A stretch of 64,000 nucleotides of DNA, from the NCBI RefSeq assembly GCF_001194135.2, contig NC_068983.1, forward strand, positions 158,837,731-158,901,730. Reading direction: 5' to 3'. Below are positions 52,646 through 64,000 of this stretch, piece by piece (position 1 is the stretch's first letter; each line of letters opens with the position of its first letter). The notes below the pieces were generated by a model. The model made no database searches. It was not told where the DNA came from and worked only from the letters and a program-made list of their open reading frames with translations. Both the position numbers and the translations under genes were made by a program. This stretch comes from Octopus bimaculoides. Taxonomy: Eukaryota.

Positions 52646-53545
52646 CCGTAATTTTTTGTTAAAATGTTCTCCAGTGGAATAAAAAAAAAATACAACAGCT
52701 TTGAAACAAGATTTAATTGAAGTTACTGAGAAGACAAACAACTGTGCTGCATGCATCAAAAGAATTCTGTATTTCAGATAAACTAATGAAAACTAGAGAA
52801 AAATATCAAATATAGTTTAGATAATGTTTAAAGAGAAATGTGCTCACAGTAGTAAACCAAACGGGTGTCTACAATTGACGAAAAATGTTGCAGAGTAGGT
52901 GCTTGAAAATTCTCAAAATAGGAACTGTGTTATTCATGTTCCCCTCTAAATCCAAGTACAAAAGGAAGCAACAAAAGATGGAAGTTTGGATTTTAAAGTA
53001 AGTGATGGATGGTGCGCTAGGTTCATGAATTGATATGACTTAGTACTTTGGAAGAGAACTAAGATTGCACAAAAGCTATCTGCTGGTATAGATGATTAAA
53101 TACTAGTTTTAGTTTCACCAATTTGGTATCAGAAATCAACAGAAGAAAGGCTACAAGCTATCATATATAAGAACATAGAGAGGAAATGCCTATTACTCTT
53201 GACATGACAGAGAACTGAGCCATGAACCAAAATGGAGAAGAAAAAAACAGTATTATTGAGAACTACTGACCATAAGAAAAGTAGGACTACTTTTGTTCAT
53301 TCTTGTATGGTTGATAGTACAATGTTAAAATTAACAGTTGTTGATATAAAAACTCTGCCAAAGATGAAATTTTCAAAAGGAATTGTCATTTATATACATC
53401 CACAAGAGCAGTTGGATGAGGATGGATGGAAAAAAGAGATAAAGTTTGGAATTCACAATTTGGTAGATTATGAAAGAAAAAAGGGTTTGCTTTGGGACCT
53501 GTTTAAGCCATATCTAGTGAAGAATACTGTTGATAATGTCTGATC
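52646..53545 (+). pseudogene. Decayed pogo-superfamily transposase (POGK-like: Brinker-type DBD, CENP-B-like HTH, DDE_1)
   Basis: Frameshifted IEVTEKTNNCAA; FKVSDGWCARFM...KRTKIAQKL; KTVLLRTTDHKKSRTTFVHSCMVDSTMLK...KTLPKMKFSKGIVIYIHP..LDEDG...LLWDLFKPYL. Confidence 0.85.
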
Positions 53546-53699
53546 ACAAAACACTGAAGTGGTGTTGTGTTTTTACATATTTTTATCAATATTGGTATTT
53601 AAAGCCTTAAGCTGCATTGAATTAATTAGGGAAAAACAAAGCACTGAGAAACAGTACCTCTGATCAATGTGATTTTAACCACAAATATGAAAATAATAT

Positions 53700-53965
53700 G
53701 GTCATAGAGGCACATAAAAGACACCATTTTGAGCGTGGTTGTTGCCAGTACCGCCTGACTGGCCCTCGTGCAGGTGACACGTAAAAGCACCCACTACACT
53801 CTCGGAGTGGTTGGTGTTAGGAAGGGCATCCAGCTGTAGAAACTCTGCCAAATTAGATTGGAGCCTGGTGTTGCCATCCAGTTTCACCAGTCCTCAGTCA
53901 AATCGTCCAACCCATGCCAGCATGGAAAGCGGACGTTAAAAGATGATGATGATGATGATGATGAT
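53700..53965 (+). mobile_element. RTE-tail/SINE-like repeat with (GAT)n tail
   Basis: High similarity to the other copies. Confidence 0.9.
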
Positions 53966-54714
53966 AGAGTTATAATGTGTAAGACACTGACCAGGTAACA
54001 TTAAAAAATACCAACAACTGAACAAGTATCAGCCATCTGTATATTATTACAGCAAGTTAGTGGTAATATGCAATAACTATGAGACGTAAATTGATTTCAC
54101 TTTGCTAGTCTGTTGAGTGTGATTAATACAGGTAAAAGAGCAGGTGTAAATATTTATAAGAGTTATGCATCCTTCTTTATGGTTGTTGTTACTTAGCAGG
54201 ATGTATGTTTTGGTGCATAAAATTGCAATGATTACTGTAATTCAATGTGAGTCTTTTTTATTCGTTTAAAGATGGTTTTGGCTTCTGCTACTGATATAGT
54301 ATTTTGGATTCTAGCATGAATTTAAGTCCCTCAAAAGTAGTATCTATGAAATAGTTAACCCCATAAATTTAACTTTTAAATAAATGGTTTAAAAAAAATT
54401 CAACTTTTACGTGTGTATATACTGTAGCTTTTAATAGAGAAAACACACAACAAGCAAGTTCCTGATGAGCCAGTGTAGTATATTGGTAAAGAGCAATGAT
54501 GTGGCATGGTGTGTGTGTGTGGGTGTGTGTTTGTTGACCATAGGGGTGGCCACTTTATGTATGTATTTACTGCAATTGAAGATATGCACAGACCAACTAA
54601 AACCTATACTATGCTACTGATCGATTGTACTCAGCAGATAGTTAAGTGAGTATTCTAATTATAAATACATGTACCCATCTTCATCTCTGCTCTATTCTCT
54701 GCTTGTGGAGGTAT

Positions 54715-54955
54715 GAAGCTTAGTGGTTGGCATGTTAGACTCATAATTGTAAAATTGTGGTTTCAATTCCCGGACTGGGCGACATGCGTTCTTGAGCAAG
54801 ACACTTCATTTCACGTTGCTCCAGTCTACTCAGCTGGCAAAAATGAGTCAATCCTGTGATGGACTGGCGTCCCATCCAGGCTGGGAATATATTTGCCATG
54901 AAACCAGGAAACCACAGCCCTTATGAATTGGTGTGACTCGAGAAGGTAAATTTAC
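54715..54955 (+). mobile_element. tRNA-derived SINE (second family)
   Basis: AGCTTAGTGG (A box), GGTTTCAATTCC (B box), TTCTTGAGCAAGACACTT. Confidence 0.7.
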
Positions 54956-55129
54956 CTTACCTTTTTATTTTCTGCTTATCCACCCTTTTGTACCTTGAAA
55001 CCTCATCTTTACCACCCTGTCTTCTTTCATTGCTAGGTACCAATCTATTTTCCCTACCGCAAGGCACTTGTTCCTGTCCCTCTTTCCTGCTTTAGTGTCT
55101 CTACACTTGGCAGCAAAAGAAAACCCTTC

Positions 55130-55386
55130 TCAGTACTGCACCCACCATTCTGTCTTGTGAGTTACTTGCTGACCCTACGAGTGCTAATGCTACAAAAACG
55201 TCACCCAGTACACTCTGTAAAGTGGCTGGTGTTAGGAAAGGTATCCAGTCATAGAAACATGCCAAAGCATACATTAAAAACCACCACAACCCTCAGGCTA
55301 GTCAGATCCTGTCAAACTGTCCTACTCAATCCAGCATGGAACAAGGGCATTACATGATGATGATAATGATGATGATGATGATGATC
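55130..55386 (+). mobile_element. Degraded RTE-tail/SINE-like repeat
   Basis: (GAT)n tail and shared body. Confidence 0.7.
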
Positions 55387-57039
55387 ACATTGCAGTAATT
55401 TGGTTTCAAACAAGTCTCATATAAATCTTTCTATCTCCATCTCTCTATGACATATTTCCTATATTTTTCTCTCCTCCTTCCAATTCTTTACTTATAAATT
55501 GAAACTATCTATTGATATGTCAATAACATACTCTATGTGACTTTTATTAAAAAAAACAAACTGTCTCTTCTCCACCTTCCTCTATATTGCCTCCTTGCCA
55601 TTTAAGAGTAGAGTATCTCAGTAAAGAAGATAACCATCATTTTACATGAGCAGGAAGTAACAAGATGACTAGTTACTTTTTTCTGGTTGTTTTATTAATA
55701 ATCAATTCATTTGGTTATACTAAATTACAAAAAACAATTCTTATGTCTTACTTATATAATTGTCATAAATTATTTTGCCATTAATGTATGAGGCACACAA
55801 AAGAAAAATAATAATAAATGAAAAAAGCTGAGCAAATTTTGCAACCATAGTAAAATGTTATTCATATTCAGTAACTTAATGAGAAATTATAATGTGAGAA
55901 ATATTGATCTGCTTTTGTGTTAGAATTTGATTCAGCAATAAAACCCTAATGAACATGACAAAATATTAATATTTTTCTGTTCACTCTTTGCTGACATTTG
56001 TAAGAAAATGTCAGCAACGAGTCTTGAACTATTAATTTCACATAATAATTGAACTCTCTGAAAAAGGTCAAGTCATAGTAGCAGATGTATGCTATTCAGT
56101 TATGTCTGTTAAACATCATAACAAATATAGCTTATGCCACAGCAATTGGTCAACTTAACAACTATCTTTATTTGGATTCCAATGTTTTTTCAATAGACAT
56201 TCCAGGATGTGGATTTTAAGTGTTACTATTTTTAACTGGCAAAAATAACCAGCTCACAAATTGTAACAGTTTCTCAAAAAGAAAATGAAAAGAGTTTTGA
56301 AGAACATTAATTTGGCAGTGAACTATTAATTGTTTTTTATTACATCGATACATATTAACTACATTTATAAATGCTGACTGTGTATGAGACAATTTACTTC
56401 TTGGAAGCAAAAATCCATGTTTCATTCGCATGGAAATCCATATTTGATAGACACTTTACTTTATAAAGAACTAGCATAAAAGCCACCCTTAAAAGTTGTG
56501 GAGGGCTAATTGGGCTTGCAGCCCCAAACTAAACAGAGCTAAACAGCATGACTGTAATATGCCTATAATGACTATATATCCCGGTGGTGTTTGATCAGAG
56601 ATTAAGGAGAGATGAGAATTAATTTTGTAATGCAACCATTCTATTGTTTCAGTCCCAAGTTGAATTCCAACTGTTGACCAATTTGTCTCAAAGTTCTTCT
56701 CTCGAAGTAAAGTTAATGAAGCAAATATCATTTATCTCCCACTTGATCTCTGACATCATCTGAGAAACGCCAACCAAAATGGCATGAATCAGACAAGCTC
56801 TATCAGCTAGGAATAGCAACCCAAATGCTTTTAAATCAGATCCCAATGTTGGATGTTCAAGACCCAAGTAAAAAGCACATTTTCAATCCTGGGATCATTC
56901 TGATTCCAAAAATGTATGATATGTCTATGTAGAGCAAATGTAGACTGAGATTCAGGTGTCCCACGTGGACAGGCAGAATTTCGTTTTTATTATAACGGAT
57001 GAGACAAGAAAAAAAAAAGTCAGAAAAAATAAGTAAAAG

Positions 57040-57190
57040 AACCTTACTTTGCAACCGTGTGGTCTCTGGTTCAGTCCCACCACATGGTGCTTTGGGCAAG
57101 TGTCTTCCACTACTATAGCCCCAGGCCAGCTACTGCCATGTGAGTGAATTTGGTAGACAGAAACTGTGTGAAAGACTGTTGTGTGTGTGT
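57040..57190 (+). mobile_element. CORE-type SINE 5' half
   Basis: GGTTCAGTCCC...CTTTGGGCAAGTGTC. Confidence 0.75.
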
Positions 57191-57334
57191 ATATACCGAG
57201 GAAATTATGTGTAAATGGAGAATTCTACGAGGTATAGTACAATGCAAAATACCAAAAGGAACCTCACCTCTTATATCTCACCTTTCTTCCTCCTTTAATG
57301 CCGATGTGATATAATTTCTTGGGAGAGAAATACA

Positions 57335-57405
57335 TTTGCGGCTGAAGATAGCTTTATATTGTCAATTATACACTGATATAAAGCTTGAAACACGTGTACC
57401 GCAGA
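57335..57405 (+). ncRNA. Putative type I hammerhead ribozyme (Penelope-like minimal form)
   Basis: Stem I TTTGCGG/CCGCAGA; core CTGAAGA; stem II AGCTTTATAT/ATATAAAGCT (10 bp); GAAA; palindromic stem III ACAC/GTGT; GUA cleavage triplet 57396-57398. Confidence 0.75.
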
Positions 57406-57456
57406 ATCCTTTGTGTTTTTGTTTTTATTTTTTGCATTTACAATTTNNNNNNNNNN

Positions 57457-57510
<54 letters not shown>

Positions 57511-57529
57511 TTTTGCAATATTATTTTAT

Positions 57530-58330
57530 TCACTTAGTTTTACATCTTTACGCTTTTATCGCCTTCAAAGTATTCTCCATTTGAAGCAATGCTTCAGTCC
57601 AGGCATATTTTCCACTATTTGAAGCAGTGCTGGAAATTTTGGTTTAGTGATGCCTTTTAATGCCTCTGTAATTTTTTTACTTTACCTCTTCTACATCTGC
57701 AAATTCCGTAGCACCAGCTTCTGTCACCAGTGATGACCTTCAAAAAGGTTTGGATCAATTTCCAACTGTTCTTTCAGTTCACGACACCCATTCAGTCATG
57801 ACAGCTTTTGATCTTCATCATCATCATCATCATCGTTTAACGTCCACTTTCCATGCTAGCATGGGTTGGACGATTTGACTGAGGACTGGTGAAACCCGAT
57901 GGCTACACCAGGCTCCAATCTGATTTGGCAGAGTTTCTACAGCTGGATGCCCTTCCTAACGCCAACCACTCCGAGAGTGTATGCAAATTAGGCACAAATT
58001 TTGCTGCAACTCTTTTCATTTGCAACTCTTCACTCAAAATTCGTTGGCAGGAGCACCAGAACAGGCCACTCATATCAACAAGTTTGTCAATTGTTTGGCA
58101 ATAGTCCTCCAAGGTCACTTCATGAATTTTTATGAGATTTTCATTTGTTCAGGAGGTTAATGGTCATCCTGAACAAGATTGGTCTTCAAGTGACAAGTAA
58201 CAATTCCTAAAGCGTGGAAACCACGTGTAAACTTGCAGCATTCTTATAAGTTGTTTGAAGCATGACAACTGTTTTGGCTGCCATTTTCCCCAGCAGAAAA
58301 CAGAATTTCACAGGGAGAAGCACTGAAAAA
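57530..58330 (-). mobile_element. Decayed mariner transposase N-terminal half, interrupted by an RTE-tail repeat (57808-57982)
   Basis: VKFCFLLGKMAAKTVVMLQTTYK and LEDYCQTIDKLVDMSGLFWCSCQRILSEELQMKRVAAKFVP (mariner HTH and WVP-like motif). Confidence 0.85.
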
Positions 58331-58513
58331 CAAAGATGCACCATGTGACAGTACGGCTCCATCCAATGCTGCCAGTCAGCATACTGATGCCTGAGGGTCA
58401 CATCAACTGGCTCCTGGCAGTGGAAGCTTGAACTACAGTGGACTTGTCCCTCAGAGAACGTTTCTGATTATTGTTGTGTATCCCCTTGAATATATATATA
58501 TATATATATATAT

Positions 58514-59125
58514 CATCATCATCATCATTGTCGTTTAACGTCTGCTTTCCATGCTAGCATGGGTTGGACGATTTGACTGAGGACTGGCGAACCAGATGAT
58601 TACACCAGGCTCCAATCTGATTTGGCAGAGTTTCTACAGCTGGATGCCCTTCCTAACGCCAACCACTCCAAGAGTGTAGTGGGTGCTTTTACGTGCCACT
58701 GGCATGAAGGCCAGTCAGGCAGTACTGGCAATGATTTGGAAACAAGTTTCTCAACCATACAACCATGTTTATGCCATTAACAGGTAACACACCTCTCTTA
58801 GAGTTGTGACTATTACTTCACATTATAATTCAAAGGTTAAGCTTTTGCCATCCAAGAGAAAGAGATTGCTGTTAATATCTGTTGGACAAAAGAGACTATA
58901 ATATATATATAACATAATATATATAATATATAATATATATATAACATATATATATATATATATAACATATATATATATTATCATCATCATCATCATTTAG
59001 TGTCCATTGTTCATTCTGGCATGGGATGGACAGTTTAACCGGGGCTGGTAAGCTGGAAGGCTACCACCAAACTCCAGTCTGATTTGGCATGGTTTTCTAC
59101 AGCTTCCTAATGCCAACCTTTCTAA
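58514..59125 (-). mobile_element. Two RTE-tail/SINE-like repeats with (CAT)n and AT microsatellites
   Basis: Copies at ~58514-58735 and ~58980-59125. Confidence 0.8.
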
Positions 59126-59149
59126 CACCAAACATGACATAATGCCAAT

Positions 59150-59720
59150 GTCTGACACATTCTCCTGCTACATTCTCCTCTTCCAGGCCTTCCAAGCCTG
59201 TTTTTTTGCTTTAATGGCCCTGTTTACAGTATTGTTCCACCACCATGTTACCTGAGGTCTGGAAGGGACTTTGCACCAGCCACAGATTTGGTCTGTGGCA
59301 CTCAGCAAGCTGTTTCACAGGAATTCCAAGCTGCTTTCTATGTCACAGGACTGTAGCGCCTCCTCCCTATTATCAAATTTCTTGGTAAGGATATCCCTAA
59401 ATCTCTGACCATGTGAAAGGTTTTTAAGCTTCCAAAGCCTTCTTTTCTGGATTGGTCTGCTTTTTGGCATCCTTCTGGCCTCGAGTCTAAAGTCACTAAC
59501 AACTAGCCTATGTTGCAGAGTACATTCTTCACCAGGGAGGGTCTTTATATTTAAGAGCAGCCTTGCATCCCGCTGTTTGGTGAGAATGAAATTAATCTGG
59601 CTAGCAGAATCACCTGATTAATAGGTTATCAGGTGGCTAGCTGGTTTCCTGAAGTTGGTGTTGCATATCAATAGGCTATTTGCATCACAGAACTCCAGGA
59701 GTGTAGTTCCTTCTTCATTT
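59150..59720 (-). mobile_element. RTE LINE internal fragment (end of endonuclease and linker)
   Basis: Collinear homology with ~27.9-28.65 kb. Confidence 0.88.
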
Positions 59721-61038
59721 CTGGTAGCAAAAAAGACTAAGTACTGGGATTGACTTGTTTGACTTACACCCTTTATGATGGTGCCCCAGCATGGCCACAG
59801 TTCAGTGACTGAAACAAGTAAAATATAAAAATATATAAATCCTCATTTATTTATTTGTTTCTCAATACATTTACAAAAAAGTAACCATAAATACATATTC
59901 CTTTGTATCTGACAATAACAGACACCCAAAATGCGAGAGAAACTATGAAATATGTCACTTATCTCATTAAGCTAGTACACATATAATGAGTAGCTGACTG
60001 AATTTGTCATCAAAGTACTACTTTCATATGTGGCATAAAATTGCTGCTAAAACAATGTACAAAAGAAAAAAGGGATAAATGTAATAGGAAAATATTCCTC
60101 TTATGATCCAACACATGGAGCATTCTACTCAAAGCTTCTACCTTTATATAATTATTTAGGACAGCAAATAAACACTGCTGTAGAGGTTAGCTGTCCAGCA
60201 GATGCAAATATTTCATTTAAAATCAGCAACACTGCAAACATTAAACCCAGATTATAAGTTTACATTTGTAATGATAATCATTGAAGTACTTGGTTATGTT
60301 ACAAATTGTTTAAGTAATAAGTTGATTTTCCAACAAAGAAATACATCATCAAACACAGCAACCCTCAAGTGAGAGGCACTTGGCTCCCAAGGGTAGAATT
60401 TCAAATCTAAAGAGAAGAATTTTAGCCAGAGAAGGAATTGGAGAAGAATGTTAAATCTAAGGTAAGGAATTTTAACCAGTGGAGAATTGGAGAGGAATTT
60501 CAATCAAAGAATGATCTCCAAACTGAAAAAGAATGTATCTTGTGCACTTTATATATCAAATGAAATATCAATATACACAACTATCAGGACAATTACAAAC
60601 CAACATTTCTCAAAAAAGAATTGCTGCTTCAGATTTAATCCCATTTGGGATGATCACTTATTGAGATTTAGGAAACCTGCTCATGGTTGTATGATACTCA
60701 AGTTCAGCAAATGCTTTTGACTTTTCTCATTTACTTAGTTAAGTGTGCTTTTAGTGCTGCTGTGCATATACTGATTAAAAAAACAAAAATGTATCAACAT
60801 TTGTGAATGTAGGGACCTTTGAGCAAAACTAACTGGATTTGTTCTTTGGGTATTCTTGTTCAATTTTTCTGCACACAGACCAAAATGGACACTAAATTAA
60901 AGGGAAGTTTTATGATCCATTTTAAATAAAGTTTCTTTTTTATATATAAATATATGATTTTAATTAAAATTATTAGTTTCAGAAATTTTTTTGCAATAAT
61001 TGCCACAGTAAAAGTGTAATGGTGCATAAATGACTAAA

Positions 61039-61460
61039 TCATCATCATCATCATCATCATCATCGTTTAACGTCCGCTTTCCATGCTAGCATGGGTTGGA
61101 CGATTTGACTGAGGACTGGTGAAACCAGATGGCTACACCAGACTCCAATCTGATTTGGCAGAGTTTCTACAGCTGGATGCCCTTCCTAACGCCAACCACT
61201 CAGAGAGTGTAGTGGGTGCTTTTACGTGCCACCGGCATGAAAGCCAGTCAGGCGGTAGTGGCAACGGCCACACTCAAAATGGTAGATATATACATAAATA
61301 TATATGATGGGCTTCTTTCAGCTTCCATCTGCCAAACTCAGTCGTAAGGCCTTGGTTGACCCAAGGCTACGGTAGAAAACATTTGCCCAAGGTGCCACAC
61401 AGTGGGACTGAACCTGGAATTATGTGACTGGGATGCAAACTTTTTACCACACAGTCATGC
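61039..61460 (-). mobile_element. RTE-tail repeat (61039-61283) plus CORE-type SINE head (61305-61460)
   Basis: Homology to the other copies. Confidence 0.85.
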
Positions 61461-62589
61461 CTGGATACTTTTGGTAAAATAGGCCTAGAAAGTGTGACGG
61501 TAGTGCTCATAACCTATTATAGAGGTGTGAGACTGATGGGAAGGAGATATGATGATATTGCCAAAGCAGAAACCTGTCAGGAATGCTTGGACAGACAGAA
61601 CTCTTCTAAAGCAGCCAGGGTGCCAGGTGATGGTGTTAAAATGGGCAACAGGTTAAGCATATCAGCTGAGTAGGCCATGATGTGATTTGAACTCAGAATA
61701 CAAAGAAGCAAAACAATTATTGCAAGGCATCGATGCCAATGTTATTACAATTCTACCGATCTACTACTTTGGATTTATCAAAATGGGAAGGAACCGAAAA
61801 AACCTGGGATCCCATGGGGAGGAATATATTTGGACACTGAAAATCACTGATTTGGCACATATCCTACAAATTCAGTCTGTAAGCAGAAGAATGAAAATAT
61901 GCCAGACCTTTCTACAAGTCGGCATAACATCCTTTGTTATTGTTCTTATCTAAATTCTAGAAACCAATCTCTTCTTAAAGGAAATTTTCAAAGAATTAAA
62001 AACAAAAGTAAGAGATATTCCTAAAATCTTAGATACAGGATTCTAGCCTCTCCCGTAATGACTGATGTCGCAATTTAATGCTTATAATTTTGCAGTTTAA
62101 TAACAAAAAATAGCTATAAAGATATGAACTAGAGAAGCCTTTAAATACTCATAGAAGTAAATGTTATGTTAGCCATGTCACAATTCTATGATAGTCATTA
62201 CACTTATAATATTTTTTCATTGTAACATGATGCTCTTGAAAAAGCAATGATATCTATAGAAATTACTTCTTTATATAATAGAAACATTCCACTGAAATCT
62301 CTGCTCAACACATTTGGTAATATCATCAAGTCAGGTTCGATCAGTTACTCAATAAAAATGGTTATTTCTTCCAATGTCAGTAAAAACAAAAATATTTGTG
62401 GACAGTTGTTTTGGAATCTAGAATGTCTATAATCTGATTGAAGGACAACATTTGTACCTATAATCAATGAAGCTCTTGGTTATATTAGAAAATACTTAAG
62501 CAATAAGCAAAAGTTTTAGTTGACAAAAGGAAAAAAATCTTGAAAGTCAAGTTCTATTAAATTTAGTCAGTATGTAGGGCAGATACTCT

Positions 62590-62975
62590 CTTTTACTTGT
62601 TTCAGTCATTTGACTGCAGCCATGCTGGAGCACCGCCTTTAGTCGAGCAAATCAACCCCAGGACTTATTCTTTGGAAGCCTAGTACTTATTCTATCGGTC
62701 TCTCTTGTCGAACCGCTAAGTTACGGGGGACGTAAACACACCAGCATCGGTTGTCAAGCGATGTTAGGGGGACAAACACAGACACACAAACACACACACA
62801 TACACACACATACATACATATATATAACGAGCTTCTTTCAGTTTCTGTCTACCAAATCCACTCACAAGCCTTTGGTCGGCCCGAGGCTATAATAGAAGAC
62901 ACTTGCCCAAGGTGCTACGCAATGGGACTGAACCCAGAACCATGTGGTTGGTACGCAAGCTACTTACCACACAAA
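62590..62975 (-). mobile_element. Full-length tRNA-derived CORE-type SINE
   Basis: Reverse-complement homologue of 45754-46120. Confidence 0.9.
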
Positions 62976-63483
62976 CACTAAGCAAATCTTTTCTATGATT
63001 TTGTATAAAACTTTACAGTTCATACTGCAGAATTCCAAGGAAGTTTACTTTTAGTTTGTTACTTAATTATTAACCATCTTATTTGTAGGCAAAAGTTAAA
63101 AGATATGACGACACAGATATATACAGAAATAACTAACAGTAGTTTCTGAAAAAGAAAATACCAGCTACGTAACTAATAACAATGCTAAATAAAACATTAA
63201 GAGCTAATCAAACCTTGTTTTGAAACATTTTTTAAAAAAATCCTGTTACTTAAAACAGTGGGAAATAATTTGACAGAAAAGGAAATAGTTGTGACCTTGA
63301 TAAATTAATAGAAACAGAAACGTGGTATTATTTGGTATTGTAAAAATATGAATAAATAGAAATTTGAAACTACATACATAATATAATAAGAACCCAAGCA
63401 TCTTAAGAAAACAAATCCTCAGTTTTTCAAAATATTGATTTCTTGCATAGGCACAAAGTTATATTTGGGAACGGTGTAGTTGG

Positions 63484-63712
63484 TTAACCCTTTAACAATT
63501 AAACAATTATTAACCAAAATATTCTAACAGTTTTATGTTGAAACCAACCAGATCCAGCCTCTCACACCTACCCTACAATGTCATTATAGAAATAAACAAT
63601 ATCATCATCAAAATTTCAAAGCTAATTTCAAAATAATGCATGATTAATTAAAAACAATGTGAATAAATAAGCATTACATTTGAAAGAGTAATATGAATCC
63701 TTAAGGATTGAA
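63484..63712. mobile_element. piggyBac-type MITE (right end degraded)
   Basis: TTAA|CCCTTTA start; interior similar to the 4975 and 7805 copies. Confidence 0.7.
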
Positions 63713-64000
63713 TTGGTCTAGTATTTAGCTGGTTCTTATTTCAATGACCCTAGTATTTTGAAAAACAAGTTGATCCCAACCATTTTACATTTATAGCTGC
63801 TTATTTCTTGATTGCAAAACAATGACAAATATTTATAGTTACAGCATTTGTATGTCTGTCAGAAAAAAAAAATAACTCTCTTTCTATCCTAAGGATAATA
63901 TACATATGATGTGGCAATGAGACAGACGCTGTTGGCTTTATGCAGAGGCTTTAACTTTGTTTATATGATCTTATAATGATCATGAATTGGTAACACAGGA

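Overview
AT-rich metazoan genomic DNA, most likely octopus (inferred from the tRNA/CORE-type SINEs and the RTE-type (GAT)n-tailed repeats), with several assembly gaps. I can support no complete protein-coding gene. The window is mostly intronic or intergenic sequence filled with retroelement relics (RTE, CR1/L2-like, a young Tx1/L1-type 3' end) and SINEs. It also holds DNA-transposon relics (pogo, mariner, Tc1-like, hAT and piggyBac MITEs, a 410-bp fold-back element) and microsatellites. A CpG-rich promoter-like block at about 41.1-45.1 kb carries a probable non-coding first exon on the minus strand. The most interesting signal is a set of Penelope-like, hammerhead-ribozyme-bearing modules. 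One is an apparently intact type I hammerhead at 57335-57405. Another is a tRNA-headed SINE-like element with a hammerhead-relic tail and an inverted copy of that tail at its 5' end (17.5-17.9 kb). There is also a second outward-facing inverted module (22.9-23.2 kb) and weaker hammerhead relics. Most ORFs in the supplied track are artefacts of microsatellites, N-runs or SINEs. All family assignments come from manual translation and motif recognition; no database search was run.
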